Assembly: GCA_026770705.1 (NCBI GenBank) | Contig: JANJGN010000015.1 | Location: 35,588,001 to 35,652,000 of the forward strand | From: Isurus oxyrinchus | Taxonomy: Eukaryota | DNA length: 64,000 nucleotides | Direction of reading: 5' to 3' | Shown: piece after piece, positions 58,849 through 64,000 of the stretch | How positions within the stretch are numbered: position 1 is the stretch's first letter | Layout of the letters: the number at the start of each line of letters is the position of its first letter | The notes under the pieces: model-generated | Database searches by the model: none | Seen by the model: the letters and a program-made list of their open reading frames with translations, nothing else | Told to the model about the DNA's origin: nothing | Translations under genes and position numbers: made by a program

Positions 58849-60667
58849 TGTTGTGGCACAGCTGATGGTAAATGCTGAGCTGCTCAAATCCCAGAGGGAA
58901 ACTTGACACAGCTGCCATAACTGTTTGCATATTGTACTTTATTTTGAGATGTGTGCCTTGAATTCAGTAGTAATAAGCCCACGAGTCTTTGAGATTTTTG
59001 CAAAACTAAATTAAACATTTATTAATAGAAAAGAAAGGTTTTTAGGCACATTAATCAGCCTAAAAATTACTCCTATAATAACTCCATTAATCTGACCAGT
59101 TACACCTGTGTGAAGGCAACAGTAAAAAACAAATAAATTTCAACAGACCCAGGCAAAGCACACAAAACCCTGGACAAGGATATTCATAATGAGTTTTCTT
59201 AGCTTTGATTCCTATAGAAAGTGACCTTGAGGCTGGAGGCTTTTCACACTTGTTAGATCATAGAATTCCTTCTTTCCTTACACATAACCTCATCAAAGAC
59301 GCAGGTTTGTGCATTCCACCTCAAAAACCGTGAAGCCAAATGCCAGCTTAAAGTAACCTGGTGTGGAGCAACACTGATGCATTGCGAGCACTCTATCTAC
59401 TTAGGAGTCACCCTTGACAGGTGCCTCACCTTCAAGAACCATATCGAAAAGACAAAGGCAAAAGTGAGCGCACAAAACAACATCCTGAATAAGCTAACAC
59501 AAAATGGGGAGCAAGCTCGAAAACATTGCAAACCAGTGCACTTACTCTTTGCTATTCCACTGCCTGCCCTGCATGGGAAAGATCTACTCATGCTAAGATG
59601 GGTACTATTCTGAACGCAAGCTGTTGACTTATCACAGGTTGTTTAAAACCAACAAACAACAACAGCCTATATATCCTGGCGGGTATCACTCCCCCTGATA
59701 TAAGAAGAACTGTAGCCAGCAAGAAAGAGCGCCTCCGTCAAACATCAGATGAGAGGCACCCTCTACATGGTCATATACCTACACCCAGCTGCCTAAAGTC
59801 AAGGAAGATCTTCATGACCAGTGTTGTTCCATTACAATCAACCCCATCTGAAGTCCGCATTGCCTTGTGGAAAGACCGGCTCACCAGTCTCGAACAACCC
59901 CCAGTGATGGAAATTCTACCGGATGAACACCTTCCACCAGGAGCTAATTGCAACTGGGCAACCTGGAAGTGCCTTAACAGACTTAGGACTGGTGTAGGTC
60001 ATTCAAAGGTGTCACTAAGCAAATGTGGATATACAACCAGCCCGACAACTTGTGAATGTGGAACTGAGCCACAGACTGTGCAACATCTCCTGAAATGCCT
60101 ATCACTAGAGGAACCCTGCACTGTTGCAGATCTTGCCGAATTCAACAAGGCACAAAAATGTGTCCAGTTCTGGCTGGGCCATGTATAGACTGTCCGTGAG
60201 CACGATAAGAGGAAGAACCTCATCTCCTTTAAACACATTTCTCCCTTTTTAATGTAAATCCCATTGTTCCAATATGTCTTTGCAACTTTACTTTTTCCAT
60301 AATATAAATCTTTCATTGTGCTTATGTTATAAGTAATCTTTGGGAAAACTAAACACACTGTTTGGCTTAGCCTCTGTTGGCTAGGTGTAACATCTTACCA
60401 TCTCTTTGAAATTCATGACTCTGGTTTATCTAAAAATGCAAATGTTCTTCACACCTCACATTCTAAAACTTCAACCACATTTACAATATTTAGCATTTTA
60501 AACCTAGCTTCTCTTTTGATAGCTCAAAAGTTTCAGACTGGATGCCTGCAATTCACTTAAAACTCCCACATACAGAACCTCACACAGAGAATCTAATCCA
60601 AACCCCACTATTAACCTATCTTTACAATAAATGACAATATTGTGAGCATTATTATACTTTCATGGCA
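58849..60667 (-). mobile_element. Solo LTR in intron 1 of the Myb gene
   Basis: tgttgtgg..catggca termini with 4-bp TSD ccac (58845-58848, 60668-60671); AATAAA on minus strand near 59018. Confidence 0.72.
59295..60215 (+). mobile_element. Vingi (Ingi-related) LINE, 5'-truncated
   Basis: KTQVCAFHLKNREAK..YLGVTLDRCLTFKNHI; LPPGANCNWATWKCLNRLRTGVG..CECGTEPQTVQHLLKC zinc knuckle; gaa-type tail; TSD aacctcatc (59286-59294, 60216-60224). Confidence 0.85.
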
Positions 60668-62439
60668 CCACACAAACATTCCATGCAGTGCCATGTGTCC
60701 TGCTTACACTCTCTCTATCTGTTTTCATGCAGAAGCTGGCTCACAACAGCAGGGAGAGGTCCCAGACCAGGGGTGGTGTGGCCCACATTAGGCCCCTCAC
60801 TCATTTTGAGGAGTGTGCCATTGCGCTGACTGGTGAAGGCGTGGACCGTGCCTGTGGCGATGGTGATGTCAGCAGCGAATACCCACGTGAGGATCCTGCA
60901 CCATATCATCCCTCTCTCAGCACAGCTGTGAGTGCTCTCTCTCCTGCTTTTGACTCTGCTGCCATGCACTAATTATCTCTACTTTGGTTCACAGGGAACT
61001 CTGCCAAGCGACCGACATCCTCAGCCAGCCAGTCCCTCAGCTCCATCCACATCCTCACCTCCAGCCAAGAGGACATCTCCTCCATTGAAGAGCTGGAAAT
61101 AAGCAGCCTGGAAGACACATCACAGTGCTTATCCCCACCCTGCACCAGCACGGAGACACACACCTGAGTGGGACTAGATCTAGAGCAGGCTTGGGTTCAG
61201 AGTCTGGTGGTCACCCCACAGGCACTTGTCCGCAACAGGAGGAGGCAGGTTCAACCTTGCTCCCTGGCACACAGAGGACTGCTGGGGAAGACCATCTGTG
61301 AGGTCCGAGTCAGATGATGAGCTTCTGGATTCGGCCTTACAACTTATTGTGGAGAGTCAGCAGAAAGCGGGGGGATCATCACGCAGAGCTTTTGGAAGCC
61401 CTCAGCAGAGTGGCACAGACTCAGAGGAATGTGTCCACCTGCTCTCTGATTAAGTGGTGCCCACATGTGTGCGTATGGAGGTCTCCATGGGGAGGATGGC
61501 GGATACCATGAAGAGCATGGTCCAGCAGAATGCGGTGATGCATGCAGACCTGCACTCCATCGCTGTAGTCATGGGTGACCTCCTACAGTGGCAATGCGAA
61601 AGAGAAACAGGGCACTTCGATATCCCTCTAGTTGCTCCTTCCCTTCAAGGAGACAGGCTGGGGTCCTTGGGCACCTGAAGGGAGGAACAGCAGCTGGACA
61701 CCCCTGGACCATCCACTCAGGAATCCCAGAGGTTGTCTGCTCCCTCTGAACCCCCTTTGCCTGTGATACCCTCAATCTCAACCTCTGTCACCACAGAGGG
61801 AGCAGCTGGCCCACAGCAGAACAGCCAAAGTAAGCCGGGGCCCTCAAGGCCTTGGCTCTCCAGAGGACACACGCGGAAGTCATCAGAGGCAACCATTGCA
61901 CAGGCTGTCTCCACCCTTTTGTGGATGTCAGGGCAGCACCTAGAAGAAGTGATAGACCTAGAAAGGTAAAGAAATTCTGAGCACAAGTGGTTGCATGGGT
62001 GAACACATTTTGTCACTTTATAATCTGAAAATATATTCACTTTCACTGAATAATGTGTAATGTTGTCTTTCAGCTTCATTGACAAGCTTCATGAGTGCTC
62101 CCACTGCATCCTGCACCCCACCACTACCCCCCACCCAACCAATAGTTCAGCTGCACGCAGCCAGACCATGGGTGATTTTGGAGGGAGAAGTGTGTGTGTG
62201 TGGCAGGACCTTTCAGAGCCTCATACAAACACTCTCCCACACACGCAGAGCTTTCATCTATCACACTCATCTCACTATCCGGAGCATTTTCAATGCTGCC
62301 TGCTGGAGTTCTCTTTTGGAAGTACCACCCACTGATCACACTCCCATGCAGCACTGTGCTCGTCCAACATGAGGCTCCGCCCACTTACAATTTTGACGCA
62401 ATGGTCATGGTCAGATTTATGCTCAACTCCCTTCCTCCA

Positions 62440-63035
62440 GTTACCCATGTCCTTTCCCCCATCGTTGTTGATCCCCTGGCATCACCTTCCACCTCCCCAC
62501 TATCAACTACTAACCTGAACCCTTATTTTTCCAGGGTGTCCAAGTGAATGTGCACATTCCCTACCTCCCTGAGAATCCCACCCCCATCCACATTGACCTC
62601 CGCAACCCCGTCCTTCCCACCCTCAGGCTTTGTGTCTGCCTCCGAGTCCCCATCAACCACCCTCATTGTCCCTTCTACTGTTACCAACGCATCCTCACCC
62701 TCACACCCTTCCAGCTCCCTCTAGCCCTCTCACATTCACCATTCCCTCCTACCAAGCCCACCCTCATTTCGCTCCCCAGAAGGCAGACATTGACTCCGAA
62801 GATCCCTCCCTTGCACGTTCACCTGGAAATCCCCCATCCCCTACTCCTGCCTCCATCTTTACCCCTCCTTCCCCCGGACATTTCCCTTCCTTTTGATTCC
62901 TTTGCCCCTCTGAATTCAGTCCTCTCAAACACCTTTCTCCCTCTATACTCTTCCCTCCCTCCAAACTCCTTGCTCTGAATCCCTTCCCCCCTCAAACTCC
63001 TTCCCTTACAACTTCCTCTCCCATTACACCTTCCA
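62440..63035. repeat. Pyrimidine-rich low-complexity tract
   Basis: Strong C/T strand skew over ~600 bp, no recognisable motif. Confidence 0.55.
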
Positions 63036-63709
63036 ACCCCTCCAATCTATCCTCATAGCTACAGTTCTTGATCCCTAGAATTATTCTTGTGAATTTCCTC
63101 TGTACTATCTCCAATGTCTTCACATCCTTCCTCAAGTGTGGCGCTTGGAACTGGACGCAGTACTCCAAATGAGGCCTAACTAGTGTTTTATACAAGTTCA
63201 ACATGACCTCCTTATTCTTGTACTCAATGCCCCTATTAATAAAGCCTAAGCTATATGCATTATTAACTGCTCTCTCAACATGCCCTGCCATCTTCAAAGC
63301 TCTATGTACGTTCACACTGAGGTTCCTCTCTTCCTGTACCTCCTTTAGAGTTTCTTCCTTTACTTTATACTTTCACCATATTCTTCTTGCCAAAATGGAT
63401 CACCTCACACTTCTCTGCATTGAACTTCATCTGCCACTTGTCTGTCCAATCCAGCAACATGTCTTTGTCCTTTTGAAGTTCAAGACTATCCCCATCACAG
63501 TTGACAACATTTCCAATCTTCGTATCATCTGCAAATTTTGAAATCATGCCCTACACACCATAGCCTAGGTCATTAATATATATGAGGAAGAGCAAGGGTC
63601 CCAACACTGACCCCTGGTGAACTTCACTACAAGCCTTTCTCCAATCTGAAAAATAACCATTTATCACTATTCTCTGTTTCCTGTCACTCAGCCAATTTCT
63701 TATCCACAT
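63035..63709 (-). mobile_element. CR1 ORF2 fragment
   Basis: ISKFADDTKIG..WTDKWQMKFNAEKCEVIHFG; LYKTLVRPHLEYCVQF. Confidence 0.92.
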
Positions 63710-64000
63710 TGTAAAGAACATATTTTTATATTTTGGACTGTGGCTTTAAGATTGGACTGTGGCTATAAAAGCTACCTTGGCTGCAGCTTAAAAGAGATGT
63801 TCAATGGAGCAGGAAGAAGGAAATCTACAATGTTGCTATCCTGGAACAATGTGTGCCAGGTTGGACAGAATGGTGCTGGAGAGGAGACCTGGTTTAAGAG
63901 GGAACTGCCGAGTGATGGCATTTTGATTGACTCCTGACCAAGTGGACAGGGTCTGTGTGAGGATAGTGTGATGGATCAGCTCCTAGCCTGAAAAGAGGAA
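63710..64000 (+). mobile_element. Probable LTR start interrupting the CR1 (runs off window)
   Basis: CR1 homology stops abruptly at tgtaaaga; repeated ttggactgtggct and tataaaa follow. Confidence 0.45.

Larger units (their letters stand above)
58432..61980 (+). pseudogene. Harbinger Myb/SANT accessory gene remnant (exons about 58432-58673, 60733-60886, 60994-61980)
   Basis: MAPKAKKTTAPKCSDTSLRCLLDAVE..QCRKRMNGLIHSAR then GTAAGT; KLAHNSRERSQTRGGVAHIRPLTHFEE; exon 3 SQSKPGPSR; stops and frameshifts. Confidence 0.88.
52271..62400 (+). mobile_element. Non-autonomous Harbinger (Myb/SANT gene only), expanded by nested CR1, LTR and Vingi insertions
   Basis: TIR-like gggcagagtcgt at 52271, sequence resumes near 58276, Myb gene, TIR-like caattttgacgc near 62399; no transposase motifs. 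Confidence 0.6.

Noticed and set aside
58432-61980. Spliced Myb/SANT gene as host NAIF1/MSANTD gene
   Set aside because: In-frame stop and frameshifts in exons 1 and 3; embedded in TIR-bounded repeat sequence.

Overview
Vertebrate nuclear DNA, most likely a cartilaginous fish (shark). This is inferred from the repeat repertoire, not from a marker gene. No host protein-coding gene is recognisable, so the window is intergenic or inside a large intron, and it is dominated by nested transposons. Contents: several CR1 LINEs (one near full-length), L2 and RTE-like fragments, a Vingi LINE, Deu-type SINEs, a Gypsy gag-protease remnant, several solo LTRs, at least six decayed PIF/Harbinger elements (DDE transposase and/or 3-exon Myb/SANT gene) with related MITEs, and three young Penelope-like (GIY-YIG) insertions carrying minimal hammerhead ribozymes. 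Three signals stand out. (i) All young Penelope copies share a non-canonical hammerhead core, CUGUCGA. (ii) Two Penelope insertions are head-to-head inverted and TSD-flanked, including a 227-bp pure palindrome joined at the ribozyme. (iii) In one element a tRNA-derived SINE head and body run directly into a LINE AP-endonuclease reading frame and end in the SINE tail. Repeat boundaries were read by eye and are approximate unless a TSD is quoted.
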